Assembly: GCA_039030795.1 (NCBI GenBank)
Contig: JBCCDM010000001.1
Location: 1 to 44,447 of the forward strand
DNA from: Cyanobacteria bacterium P01_A01_bin.84
GTDB lineage: Bacteria; Cyanobacteriota; Cyanobacteriia; Cyanobacteriales; Nostocaceae
Direction of reading: 5' to 3'
Length of the DNA stretch: 44,447 nt
Below, piece by piece: positions 14,928 through 23,947 of this stretch. Numbering within the stretch: position 1 is the stretch's first letter; each line of letters opens with the position of its first letter. The position numbers and the translations under genes were made by a program. Below the pieces are notes generated by a model. The model searched no databases. It saw only the letters and a program-made list of their open reading frames with translations, and was not told the origin of the DNA.

Positions 14928-16332
14928 CTCACACAATTTTAAACTAACCCTTCATCAATACTTAAATCAATAGAACATATATACCATACTTTATAGTACT
15001 TAAATACTAATTCAAAATCTTCACCCCTACTTGAAATTTTCTTCGTTTGGGCTTAATATTTTAGTAAGCTCTGTAAAGCTAGCTTTATATGTCTTCATGC
15101 CAAATTTATTTACTTAGTGATGCTAGTGTATTATACTACAATTAGGCTTAAGTGTGGCTGAAGTAAGTTAATGCCATCTCGCTGTTAGCTACAAACTATC
15201 TCAAACCTACTCCGCTATCACTTCAATGCTACCCGCTACTCCAAACAAAGCATTCCCCATACCATCATCTCTCGTTCACTCCCCTGCATTTCACCGCATT
15301 CCACTACAATTATGTGACACTCGCTGCAATACGACGGACAAGGTATGTCAACATGTGTATGTTTTGCCCTCGAAGCCTTATCCCGTTTACTACACTATGA
15401 GAACGATTCTCAAATTATCAGAAGCGATTGTGTACTACAAGATTGCATTCCAAAGCTTTGTAGGCAATACTAAATCTTGAAATGATTTTCAGCTATCCGT
15501 ACTTAATTTTATAGAAGACACACTAGTATAGTTAGTAATGCTTAGAGATATATAAACGCGATCGCATTGTTATATAGCCCTAAACATACTGCATAGTAAA
15601 GACTATAGCTATTATAATCTATTTTACTTGACAAACAAGTACTGTATTCAATATAACTATTTTGAGGTATACAGAATATTAAATACTAGCATGTGTATAT
15701 AGCAATAATTGCTTACTACCATTAGCAGTTATTGCTACTTTTATTATTTGTATATATCCGCCTTTGGTCGCTTCAAATACCGCTATGTCTAATACTACTA
15801 GTTGTAATACGACTTAAACTTTTATACCGCTATTAGAAATTCCTGAAAATGATGATGTTAGTTGATTGACGCTATTACATCTGTATAGTACAAATTTACA
15901 CCTTCATTTCAGGCTTTAACCAAGCTCTGGTCTAAATATACTTGGCTGAGTATTTATTAACAGTTTGATGATAGATTTATAGCCAATTTTATTTAATAGT
16001 TTTATTGCACGTTAATAGTGTCAAAAACTTATGCGCTGAAGCTTCGAGATGATAAGTATTGCAGTCACGGAAGGGTTAATCGAGAGCGTAACCCTGCTAG
16101 AATAAAAGGAAAATCACTAGTGGCACAAAACGCTACAATGCAAGCTAGCTAGAGATTTTAAGCCGCGAACTTGTCTATTAGCATACTCCTTGAAATAAAA
16201 GCATCAAACAAAAATACGATATCTTTTCAATTAATAGAATCAAGACAGAATATTGCATTTATATAAGGTGTGTATGAAAAGTAATGAAGTAGTTACTTTT
16301 CATCAGTAAACTGTTGATAATATTGAAGTTCC

Positions 16333-16560
16333 GTGATGATACAGAAAAACAATGCTATGAATTTTGAAGAAAACCAACCATCCAAACCGTTCTGGGAAAT
16401 GACTGTAGAAGAAAGAGATGCTCTCGCTCAAAAAGCTATAGATGATGCTAAAGAAAGAATGCATCAAAACGGTGTGGCTTATGTTGAAATAGTTGATGGC
16501 AAACAGCATCTGAGACACCCAGATGGAAGTTTAACTCCAATAGAAGAGTCTGAATCATAA
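16333..16560 (+). CDS. small protein upstream of zeta-like kinase 1 (antitoxin candidate)
   Basis: 75 aa, 51 nt upstream of the kinase gene. It shares an (H/K)PDG(S/T) segment with the analogous 20297..20509 ORF. Confidence 0.4.
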   Translation: MMIQKNNAMNFEENQPSKPFWEMTVEERDALAQKAIDDAKERMHQNGVAYVEIVDGKQHLRHPDGSLTPIEESES

Positions 16561-16611
16561 ATCCTAGCTTTCCCATACATAGTTTTTGGGAAAGAACCAA
16601 TCACAATCGTA

Positions 16612-17775
16612 ATGCAAGACCAAATGACAGATAATCCGCCTAAATTAGTAGTATTTGCTGGCCCGAATGGCAGCGGCAAATCAACAATAACATCGCAATT
16701 TCAACAATCTCCAGAATTCCCTAGCAAATATATTAATGCTGATGAGATTGCATTAACTTTAGATGAGGATAATCCTACTCGTAAGGCTTACCAGGCTGCA
16801 ATATTAGCTGAAGAACAACGACAAGATTCAATATCTCAAAGAGAGTCATTCGCTTTTGAGACTGTAATGTTACATCCTAGCAAACTCAAACTGCTGGAAC
16901 AAGCTAAAGATGCTGGCTATCAAGTCGAGTTAGTTTTTGTTGCAACTTCTAACCCTGACTTAAACGTAAACCGGGTAAAACAACGTGCAGCAGAAGGTGG
17001 TCATGATGTTCCTGAGAACAAAGTCCGCTCAAGATATCAACGCAGTATTGAGCTTTTACCCGCAGCAGCAGAAATAGCAAGCAGAACCTTTGTGTATGAC
17101 AACACGAAAGCACCCAGGCAAAAAGCAGAAATTGAAAACGGTACTGTTACCTTTCAAGCACAAGACTCACCCACCTGGGTACAAGATACTGAATCCCGTG
17201 CTGCTGACAGACAATCAATCGCTACTAACAGCGAATTACCTGTAAGTACAGCAAACATTGACACTGGCAAGTACGTAGGTGAAATTAGTCAAATCACCGA
17301 CAGTTACATCGCTCAGGAAACCGGTGATAATTTAACCATTCACGATAAAAGCATCGCTAAAGGGGATTTTGAAGTAGGACAAGATGTAAGAATCGCCTAC
17401 AAAGACGGTAATGTTGCTGCAAGCATTCAGCCTACGTCGGAAAACCAGCAGTGGGCTGAAGGTATATACGACACGGCTTCCTACATATTCCAAGCTAAGG
17501 AAAATGAAGGTCAGACAGAAATGCCTAGCAGAGGGATAAAAGTAGCTTCTGGAGATCAATACAGCGTTGAACTGAACAACAACAGCAAAACCCTCACTGT
17601 CTTATCGAATGGTGATAATCGCACTGTTGCTAGCTTCGATTTAGAAGAGCAATCCGTTATCGCTAGCAATCCTTCAGATGCTGACAAACAACAATGGGCT
17701 GGAATTATATCCCAAACCCAAGACAATATTCACCAGGTTCAAATACCAAATAACAAACCTGAAATTAACGATTAA
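16612..17775 (+). CDS. zeta-toxin/COG4185-like P-loop kinase with a ~200-aa C-terminal extension
   Basis: Walker A is VVFAGPNGSGKSTI. RVKQRAAEGGHDVPENKVRSRYQRS is typical of zeta-like kinases. The extension carries an SH3-like segment (YVGEISQITDSYIAQETGDNLTIHDKS..GQDVRIAYKDG) and the shared C-terminal module. Confidence 0.65.
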   Translation: MQDQMTDNPPKLVVFAGPNGSGKSTITSQFQQSPEFPSKYINADEIALTLDEDNPTRKAYQAAILAEEQRQDSISQRESFAFETVMLHPSKLKLLEQAKDAGYQVELVFVATSNPDLNVNRVKQRAAEGGHDVPENKVRSRYQRSIELLPAAAEIASRTFVYDNTKAPRQKAEIENGTVTFQAQDSPTWVQDTESRAADRQSIATNSELPVSTANIDTGKYVGEISQITDSYIAQETGDNLTIHDKSIAKGDFEVGQDVRIAYKDGNVAASIQPTSENQQWAEGIYDTASYIFQAKENEGQTEMPSRGIKVASGDQYSVELNNNSKTLTVLSNGDNRTVASFDLEEQSVIASNPSDADKQQWAGIISQTQDNIHQVQIPNNKPEIND

Positions 17776-17841
17776 AAATTTTATATTCATCCAACATCAT
17801 GCGTTGGTTTTTCTTTCAACAAATAATAAAGGTAATTAATC

Positions 17842-20187
17842 ATGCAAAGTATTCATTTCAAGTACAACAGCTATCAACTACAAGCTATCGTTACTCCATC
17901 TGGTAAGTTAGAATTCTTGGTTCCTAGTTTGATTGCTAGCTTTGGCAACAATAGCAGCAAGTTAGGAAGAAAGCTGATGAACGGTATTGTCAAAGAATAC
18001 AAACAGCGCAAGCTAATTCTATCCACAACCTCAAATAAACCATTCCGTCAGTTAACTATAGAAAAAGATGTTCTACTCGAATACTGCCGACACAACGTGC
18101 ATATCAAAGAGTTTGCATCCCTTGCTAACTTTCTAGCTAATGCCACTGTTCCACTTATAGATAATGACCAAGACCAAGATAGTCTTGCCTTACCTGGTAG
18201 TTCTATAGCTCTACAGCTAGAATCAACAATCAGTAAAACAGAGAATGGTTGGTATTATTTCCTCGATTCACTCAAAGCAATTGATTTCAAGCTCAAAGTT
18301 AATGCAGTTGAATTTAGAAAGCAACTATGGGATGCTATATCCCCCAAAAATAAAACATGTGCTGGACAACCAAAAGAATATCAGCAGTTTCTAATTAACT
18401 GCGATGGCTTAGATAATTTAGCTAACATCCTAGAATCTTATAAAGAGTTGGTCTACAGTAATGAGTTGCCACAAACCTGTTCCTGGGGATTGCTTAACGG
18501 ACAGATATATTACACCGCTAAAAGTACGGTAATAATATTGGCTAAATATTTTCAGCAAGAAGTTAATGAAAAATATGTAAGCAAATACCTCGACCTTGTT
18601 AGCGAAGGTAATAAAACCAAGCAAAGTATCTCTATTATGGGAGATACTCCATACTACGGGTGGTTATTAGCTGGTTCTGGTGTAAAGGAGTTAGCGATTC
18701 ACTTCGCTGCTCTACAACAATCACTTGCTTTAGAAAATCAGTTAAATACAATAACCGTTAATGTCACTGCCAATTACGATGACTTTACCAAGATTCCGGT
18801 TGAGGTAGTTTTTGAGCTAATTGATAACCTTGAAGGACACCCTATTGACTTCGATGCGGCTTGGAAATGGGCTGGTTATAGTAGGAAAGACAATGCTAAA
18901 AAAGTTTTACAAGCTAGATTTGATAAGGATTCCGACTTTTCCGTAACGCTAAGGAAAAGTAGTGGTGGTAGACAAGCCGAAAAAATTCACCTCACCATAG
19001 ATTGCTTCAAGCATTTCTGCATCATGGCTAATACTAAAAAAGGAGGAAAATGCAGACACTATCTCCTCAATTGTGAGAAAGAGCTACGCCAGAAACGTTC
19101 TATCTCGATAACGGGTACCACCAACTATACGGTGCATCAATTCATCAACAAAAAAATCCCAATCCTAGCGCTTACCCCAGCACTCAATAATCAAGAGTTC
19201 TATTCTAGATACGCTTATGCGGTAATTGCTCAATGCTTAACCGGTCGTAAAAATAGTTTCGAGGAGTTATGGCAAGAGTTAGTAATCGATTCACCTAATC
19301 TAAAGAATGCAGTAGCTTGGGATGCAAAAGTTATCAAAGAATCCATTCGCTGGGGATTTAGATCCCAGGATATGGAAACAATGTACCGCAACACTTTAAC
19401 CGCTACCGCATTGAAAAAGTGCGTTAAACAAGGAACCATATCAATCGAGAACGCACAAAATATAGAGGTGTTGCTAAAAGATATGCTACAAGTTATAAAA
19501 CCACTTACTACTGCACCAAAGCGACCCCGATTAATTCAACCATCAATTAGCGTTAATACTACTCCAGGTGATAAGGCTAAGGAACTAGAATCTTCTGAAG
19601 TCGTGGAGCTAATCGCACGCAAATGCGTTTCTTTAGAATCTAGGGGCGATACCTGGTACAGATGGATTGATTTAATACAAACGGTTAACCAAGACGTTGA
19701 CCGGATGGACTCAGAACTAGAAACTCACATCTGGAACAAACTTGAAAAATCTTACAAGCGCAAATATAGAGGCAGTAAATTTATCACTAAAAAAGGAATT
19801 GCCCAAACTATTATCGTATATTCTGGATTTGTTTATCCCGATTCCAAGATTAAAGCTTTACCAGAAGTAGCCAAAATATTTTTCAATAACCAAGAAATCC
19901 TAGAAGCAATAAACAACAAAAAAGCTTATCAACTCAGTCAAGCAATACATCAAATAGATACTGATGGAATTGCAGCCAATACATACATTTCTGATTGGGT
20001 ATCTATAGATGAAACAAATAAGTTTTACGTAGAATCTACTGCCTTTGGTGATAAGTACCAAGAAGTTTATATCAACAAGCTTGGCTTTGTACAGTTAATT
20101 CAATCTTATCTTAAGCGTAAAGAGAAGGTTAATAGCAGTAATTCCCAAAGTTTAGAAAGAGAGTTTGCACTATTAGATGTTTGGTAA
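17842..20187 (+). CDS. large BRO-N/AntA-like (antirepressor-type) domain protein
   Basis: The N-terminus FKYNSYQLQAIVTPSGKLEFLVPSLIASFG fits a BRO-N pattern. The central WKWAGYSRKDNAKKVL...DFS......GGRQAEKIHLTIDCFKHFCIMANTKKGGKCRHYLLNCEKEL fits the AntA/ANT pattern. Confidence 0.5.
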   Translation: MQSIHFKYNSYQLQAIVTPSGKLEFLVPSLIASFGNNSSKLGRKLMNGIVKEYKQRKLILSTTSNKPFRQLTIEKDVLLEYCRHNVHIKEFASLANFLANATVPLIDNDQDQDSLALPGSSIALQLESTISKTENGWYYFLDSLKAIDFKLKVNAVEFRKQLWDAISPKNKTCAGQPKEYQQFLINCDGLDNLANILESYKELVYSNELPQTCSWGLLNGQIYYTAKSTVIILAKYFQQEVNEKYVSKYLDLVSEGNKTKQSISIMGDTPYYGWLLAGSGVKELAIHFAALQQSLALENQLNTITVNVTANYDDFTKIPVEVVFELIDNLEGHPIDFDAAWKWAGYSRKDNAKKVLQARFDKDSDFSVTLRKSSGGRQAEKIHLTIDCFKHFCIMANTKKGGKCRHYLLNCEKELRQKRSISITGTTNYTVHQFINKKIPILALTPALNNQEFYSRYAYAVIAQCLTGRKNSFEELWQELVIDSPNLKNAVAWDAKVIKESIRWGFRSQDMETMYRNTLTATALKKCVKQGTISIENAQNIEVLLKDMLQVIKPLTTAPKRPRLIQPSISVNTTPGDKAKELESSEVVELIARKCVSLESRGDTWYRWIDLIQTVNQDVDRMDSELETHIWNKLEKSYKRKYRGSKFITKKGIAQTIIVYSGFVYPDSKIKALPEVAKIFFNNQEILEAINNKKAYQLSQAIHQIDTDGIAANTYISDWVSIDETNKFYVESTAFGDKYQEVYINKLGFVQLIQSYLKRKEKVNSSNSQSLEREFALLDVW

Positions 20188-20296
20188 TAATCCTGAATAC
20201 AAGAATAGGTTTACCTACTCTTGTATCATACATATCAAAATTGCTTTCTATCAATACAAAAGTAAAATAGAATATTGTTGATACAACTAAAACATT

Positions 20297-20509
20297 ATGA
20301 ATGGTAAAGAATTCTTAGATTGGACTTCAGAACTTACCCGGAAAGCACAATCCGGAGTAAGCGAAGAAATAACAGAACATAAAAAAAAAGGTATTGACAT
20401 CTTTTATATCCAAGATGATGTCCATATTATGGAAAAACCTGATGGCACCAAATATGAATACAAAATGGTAGATGATGAACCAGTTATCGTCAGAGAAATA
20501 AAACCATAA
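20297..20509 (+). CDS. small protein upstream of zeta-like kinase 2 (antitoxin candidate)
   Basis: 70 aa, 68 nt upstream of the kinase gene. It is positionally equivalent to 16333..16560. Confidence 0.4.
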   Translation: MNGKEFLDWTSELTRKAQSGVSEEITEHKKKGIDIFYIQDDVHIMEKPDGTKYEYKMVDDEPVIVREIKP

Positions 20510-20577
20510 TCATCGCTTAGTAAGATATTATTAAATATCTTACTGCCAATTTATTTTCATTTTATTACGATAAATAA

Positions 20578-21486
20578 ATGACGCAAGAACAGCCCACCTT
20601 AATAGTAATTGCTGGACCTAATGGTTCCGGTAAAAGTACCCTTACAAGAAGAACTCTTCAAGACTCTAATTTACCAATCATAGACCCCGACGCTATAGCA
20701 AGAGGAGTTAACCCCTCATCACCAGAAAGTGCTGCTATTACAGCAGGTAGGCAAGCTGTTAATCAAATTAATAACTACTTAAATAACAGTCAAAGCTTCA
20801 TCGCAGAAACTACTCTTAGCGGTAATAATTACCTCAAAATAATGGATAAAGCTAAGGAAAAAGGATTTGAAGTAAACTTGATTTACATAAATCTTAATAG
20901 CGTAGAGACAAATATAAACCGAGTCAGACAAAGGGTTCAAAATGGGGGTCATAATGTGCCACCATCAGATATTCGTCGTCGCTATGAGCGCAGTATAAAT
21001 AACCTACCAAAAGCGCTAGAAATAGCTAACAAAGCTGCAATTTATGATAATTCAACAGAGATTGGTCACAGAGAAATATTACTGCTAGTAAATAACCAAA
21101 TAGTTCAATCTTCTAAGGATATGCCTCAATGGGTAACGCAATCCGTACCGCAAGAATTATTTAATTCCTACAGCAATAGATTGAATATTGCACTCCAAAT
21201 ATACCCCACTATTAACCAGGTTAAAGGTATTCTAAATGATAGATTGATAGAAGTTAATTCCAACGTTCAGAAGCTTGAAGGAAATAAATATAATGTTGTT
21301 ATCAATAATAGCGCTCAAGAATTAACTCTGTCAGCAAAAGATAGCAGGGGTGACTTATTTATTTATAATCAATCTAGTAATGAAATGATATTCGTATCAG
21401 CTATTAATGATACGGATAAAAATACTTGGATGGCTATCTCCGATGAATTAAATCAACGTATTAATAAAAGAGATATAGAAATTTAA
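20578..21486 (+). CDS. zeta-toxin/COG4185-like P-loop kinase, paralog 2, with the shared C-terminal module
   Basis: Walker A is IVIAGPNGSGKSTL, followed by RVRQRVQNGGHNVPPSDIRRRYERS. The C-terminus GNKYNVVINNSAQELTLSAKDSRG...NDTDKNTWMAIS aligns with kinase 1. Confidence 0.65.
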   Translation: MTQEQPTLIVIAGPNGSGKSTLTRRTLQDSNLPIIDPDAIARGVNPSSPESAAITAGRQAVNQINNYLNNSQSFIAETTLSGNNYLKIMDKAKEKGFEVNLIYINLNSVETNINRVRQRVQNGGHNVPPSDIRRRYERSINNLPKALEIANKAAIYDNSTEIGHREILLLVNNQIVQSSKDMPQWVTQSVPQELFNSYSNRLNIALQIYPTINQVKGILNDRLIEVNSNVQKLEGNKYNVVINNSAQELTLSAKDSRGDLFIYNQSSNEMIFVSAINDTDKNTWMAISDELNQRINKRDIEI

Positions 21487-21493
21487 TCTTCAT

Positions 21494-21772
21494 ATGAATA
21501 CTCGCACTAGTAGAATACAAGTCTTGGTTAATAAAAATGAATTAGCAAAACTAAAAAATTTTGCTAATAACGGTTCCCTTTCTTCATACTTAAGAAAAAG
21601 CGGACTGGGGGAAAAGCAGCAAATATCTACCCCTAATATTCAGGTTAAACTCAAAGCCTACAAAGCTGAAATTCAGTATCACTTACACCAAGCTAAAACT
21701 GCTATCAACAACGGTCATTTACCCTCAGTAGAAACTATTGATAAGTTAATTGAAATTACTAGTAAATTGTAA
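21494..21772 (+). CDS. mobC: MobC-like relaxosome accessory protein
   Basis: 92 aa. TSRIQVLVNKNELAKLKNFANNGSLSSYLRKSGLG fits the MobC pattern. It abuts the relaxase gene (TAA-ATG). Confidence 0.55.
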   Translation: MNTRTSRIQVLVNKNELAKLKNFANNGSLSSYLRKSGLGEKQQISTPNIQVKLKAYKAEIQYHLHQAKTAINNGHLPSVETIDKLIEITSKL

Positions 21773-22873
21773 ATGCTAGCGGTAATCTATAAAAAGCCAT
21801 CATTTCTTAAAACCTTGAAATATGTTTTAAGTAAAGAAGATGCTGCAATTATTACAAAGAATATTGCTGGAGAATCACCCAACACCCTGAACAAAGAATT
21901 TCTGGAAAGCAAAAATACCAATCACAGGGTTAAAAACCATTGCGCTCACTTGATTTTAAGTTTACCCAAGCAAGAAAGCGTTGATGATTTAACCATGAGT
22001 TACATTGCAGGTGATTTCCTTGAATCAATGGGATACCGCAACAGTAATAATATTACCCAAAATGTTCCGTTTGTTGCTGTACGTCATCATGATAGGGAAC
22101 ACGAGCATATTCATATAGTGGCTTCGCGGGTACGATTTGATGGTAGCTGTGTTTCTGATTCCTGGGATTATCTCAAAGCTCAGAATATAACCAGAACTAT
22201 TGCTGCTAAATATGATTTTTCTGTAGCACCAGTCAGCAGTAATGCTGTTGCACAAGATTTAGCAGCAGCAGGTATTGATGCTACCGTTAGCCCCAATCGC
22301 TCTCCTTCTATTCGTCAAATTAATGCTAGTAGTAAAGAACCTTCTTTTAAGGAAACTATTGGTAAAGCAATTGAAAATGCGCTAATCAATAGTAAAAACC
22401 TTGCTGAGTATACGTCTAATTTATACGATAGTGGCGTAGTAGTTAAAGCCAAGTTTGATGATAAAGAGTTGCTTGGCTTTTCTTATGCTTACAAGGGTAA
22501 ATATGCTGCTGGCAATCAAATATCCCGCCGCTATAGCTGGAATAATATTCAAACAGAATGGGAGTTAGAATATAGTCCTACTCGTGATTATGAACCATTA
22601 AAACAAATTGCAGAAGTTGCTATTAAGTATAGAGGTAAAGAATTACCAGCATTAAGCATTTCTCACATGGCTAACCCTCATGCTAAGCTTTATACCCAAA
22701 TGAAAGCTATGCTTAATAAATCAGAGGAGGAAGAAATTTACCCCGACATCCCGGTAGAAGATGATTTGACAGAAAAATTATCTACAGTGGAAGTTAAGGA
22801 ACTAAAAAGTAATCCCGGTAAAGATAATCAATTACCAAAAACTAAGAAGAAAAACAATCAAATTGAATTGTAA
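21773..22873 (+). CDS. MobA/VirD2-family relaxase
   Basis: The histidine triad is VAVRHHDREHEHIHIVASRV, with CAHLILSLP upstream and an N-terminal Tyr region (LKYVLSK). It is 366 aa with a Lys-rich tail. Confidence 0.75.
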   Translation: MLAVIYKKPSFLKTLKYVLSKEDAAIITKNIAGESPNTLNKEFLESKNTNHRVKNHCAHLILSLPKQESVDDLTMSYIAGDFLESMGYRNSNNITQNVPFVAVRHHDREHEHIHIVASRVRFDGSCVSDSWDYLKAQNITRTIAAKYDFSVAPVSSNAVAQDLAAAGIDATVSPNRSPSIRQINASSKEPSFKETIGKAIENALINSKNLAEYTSNLYDSGVVVKAKFDDKELLGFSYAYKGKYAAGNQISRRYSWNNIQTEWELEYSPTRDYEPLKQIAEVAIKYRGKELPALSISHMANPHAKLYTQMKAMLNKSEEEEIYPDIPVEDDLTEKLSTVEVKELKSNPGKDNQLPKTKKKNNQIEL

Positions 22874-22891
22874 TCTATTAACTCAGATAAA

Positions 22892-23167
22892 TTATTTTTC
22901 CTTTCTAGCTTCCATTTCCGCTATTTTATCCCTTAATAACTTCTCGGTTTTTTCAGTAGCTGCTAATCTATCTAAAAGCCTTTGTTTTCTTTGCAATATA
23001 CCTTCGAGATACTTCTTAAAACAACTCCCGTCAATTACCGATTGAATTCTTCTATCTTTTTCTTCCTGAGACATAGGTGTACCACACATTGCGGTCATAC
23101 CTAACTCATCAAGTCTTTCTCTCCATTTTATTTCTTCTTCTGTTGGTTGATAATTTTGTTTATCCAT
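22892..23167 (-). CDS. small coiled-coil partner protein of the GNAT cassette (copy 2)
   Basis: 91 aa, paralog of 3184..3450. The start codon overlaps the GNAT stop by 1 nt. Confidence 0.5.
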   Translation of the reverse strand: MDKQNYQPTEEEIKWRERLDELGMTAMCGTPMSQEEKDRRIQSVIDGSCFKKYLEGILQRKQRLLDRLAATEKTEKLLRDKIAEMEARKEK

Positions 23168-23778
23168 TATTGTTCTCTAGTTCTCAACTCTTTATTTAAG
23201 AAAAATCTTGCTGCTTCTCTTGTCAAAATCAATTCTCTAAAATACTCCGGATTTTCTTCAAATCCAATATCTAAATAAAATTTTCTTGCTCTATCAATTG
23301 CTAATACTTTAGTAACTCCTTCAATTTCTGTACCAATTGTTTCTTGAATGATTTCCGCCATTAACCAAGTAGCAGCTCCTTTCCTTTTTTCTGGAAACTC
23401 TACTCCCTCTAATTCTAAACAATTCCACGGTGGAGTAGTAAATGGGTCTATCGATAAGTATTTTCTATCTTCAGCATACGGGTAAAGCTCACCTATCTGC
23501 TCGGAAATTATAGCTCCTGCTTGTAATCTACCGTCTATATCCCTCACTCCCCTGAAATCGGATAAATAACTATCGTTATATATAAATAATTCTGCCAAAG
23601 CCTCTACTTTTGACACGCAATCTCCAAAAATTGTTTTATTAATTCGACTTCTATCTCCTTCAAAATATTGATTAATATATTCCTGCGATTTTGTTACCCA
23701 ACTAATTATTTCATTTTCAATTTCATTGTTTGCGCTAATTACATAAGTAAATCGGTTAAAATTTGAAACATTTGACAT
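23167..23778 (-). CDS. GNAT-family N-acetyltransferase-like protein (cassette copy 2)
   Basis: Paralog of 2573..3187, sharing KRKGAATWLMAEIIQE..AIDRARKFYLDIGFEE. The start is set at the second ATG (23778). A 45-bp tandem duplication creates an alternative upstream ATG at 23823. Confidence 0.55.
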   Translation of the reverse strand: MSNVSNFNRFTYVISANNEIENEIISWVTKSQEYINQYFEGDRSRINKTIFGDCVSKVEALAELFIYNDSYLSDFRGVRDIDGRLQAGAIISEQIGELYPYAEDRKYLSIDPFTTPPWNCLELEGVEFPEKRKGAATWLMAEIIQETIGTEIEGVTKVLAIDRARKFYLDIGFEENPEYFRELILTREAARFFLNKELRTREQ

Positions 23779-23826
23779 AATAATTACATAAGTAAATCGG
23801 TTGAAATTTGAAACATTTGACATAAC
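23737..23826. repeat. 45-bp tandem duplication spanning the GNAT copy-2 start codon
   Basis: Units 23737-23781 and 23782-23826 are identical at 43 of 45 positions. On the minus strand this duplicates MSNVSNFNRFTYVI. Confidence 0.85.
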
Positions 23827-23947
23827 TTTAATGCTTGATATTTGAAGCAGTATTGCTCTGCTTTAAACGAAATAACATAATATGGAACCAGAAATTTATT
23901 AACTTTAGCTTACTAACTTAGTAAACCACTTCTCAGCTCGATACTCA

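Noticed and set aside
15226-15480. 84-aa ORF in the AT-rich non-coding region
   Set aside because: It has no ribosome-binding site, its composition is odd (Pro/Cys/Tyr/His), and it sits in iteron-like sequence. I treated it as non-coding, though this is not proven.
16303-16679. Minus-strand ORFs 16303..16518 and 16479..16679
   Set aside because: They are antisense to the small ORF and kinase start and are hydrophobic and Cys-rich. They are likely shadows.
21486-21500. oriT/nic site next to mobC
   Set aside because: The intergenic space is only 7 nt, and I could not recognise a MOBQ/MOBP nic consensus anywhere with confidence. oriT is left unassigned.
22863-23045. 60-aa + strand ORF after the relaxase
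   Set aside because: It is antisense to the conserved small partner gene 22892..23167, which has a paralog supporting the minus-strand frame.
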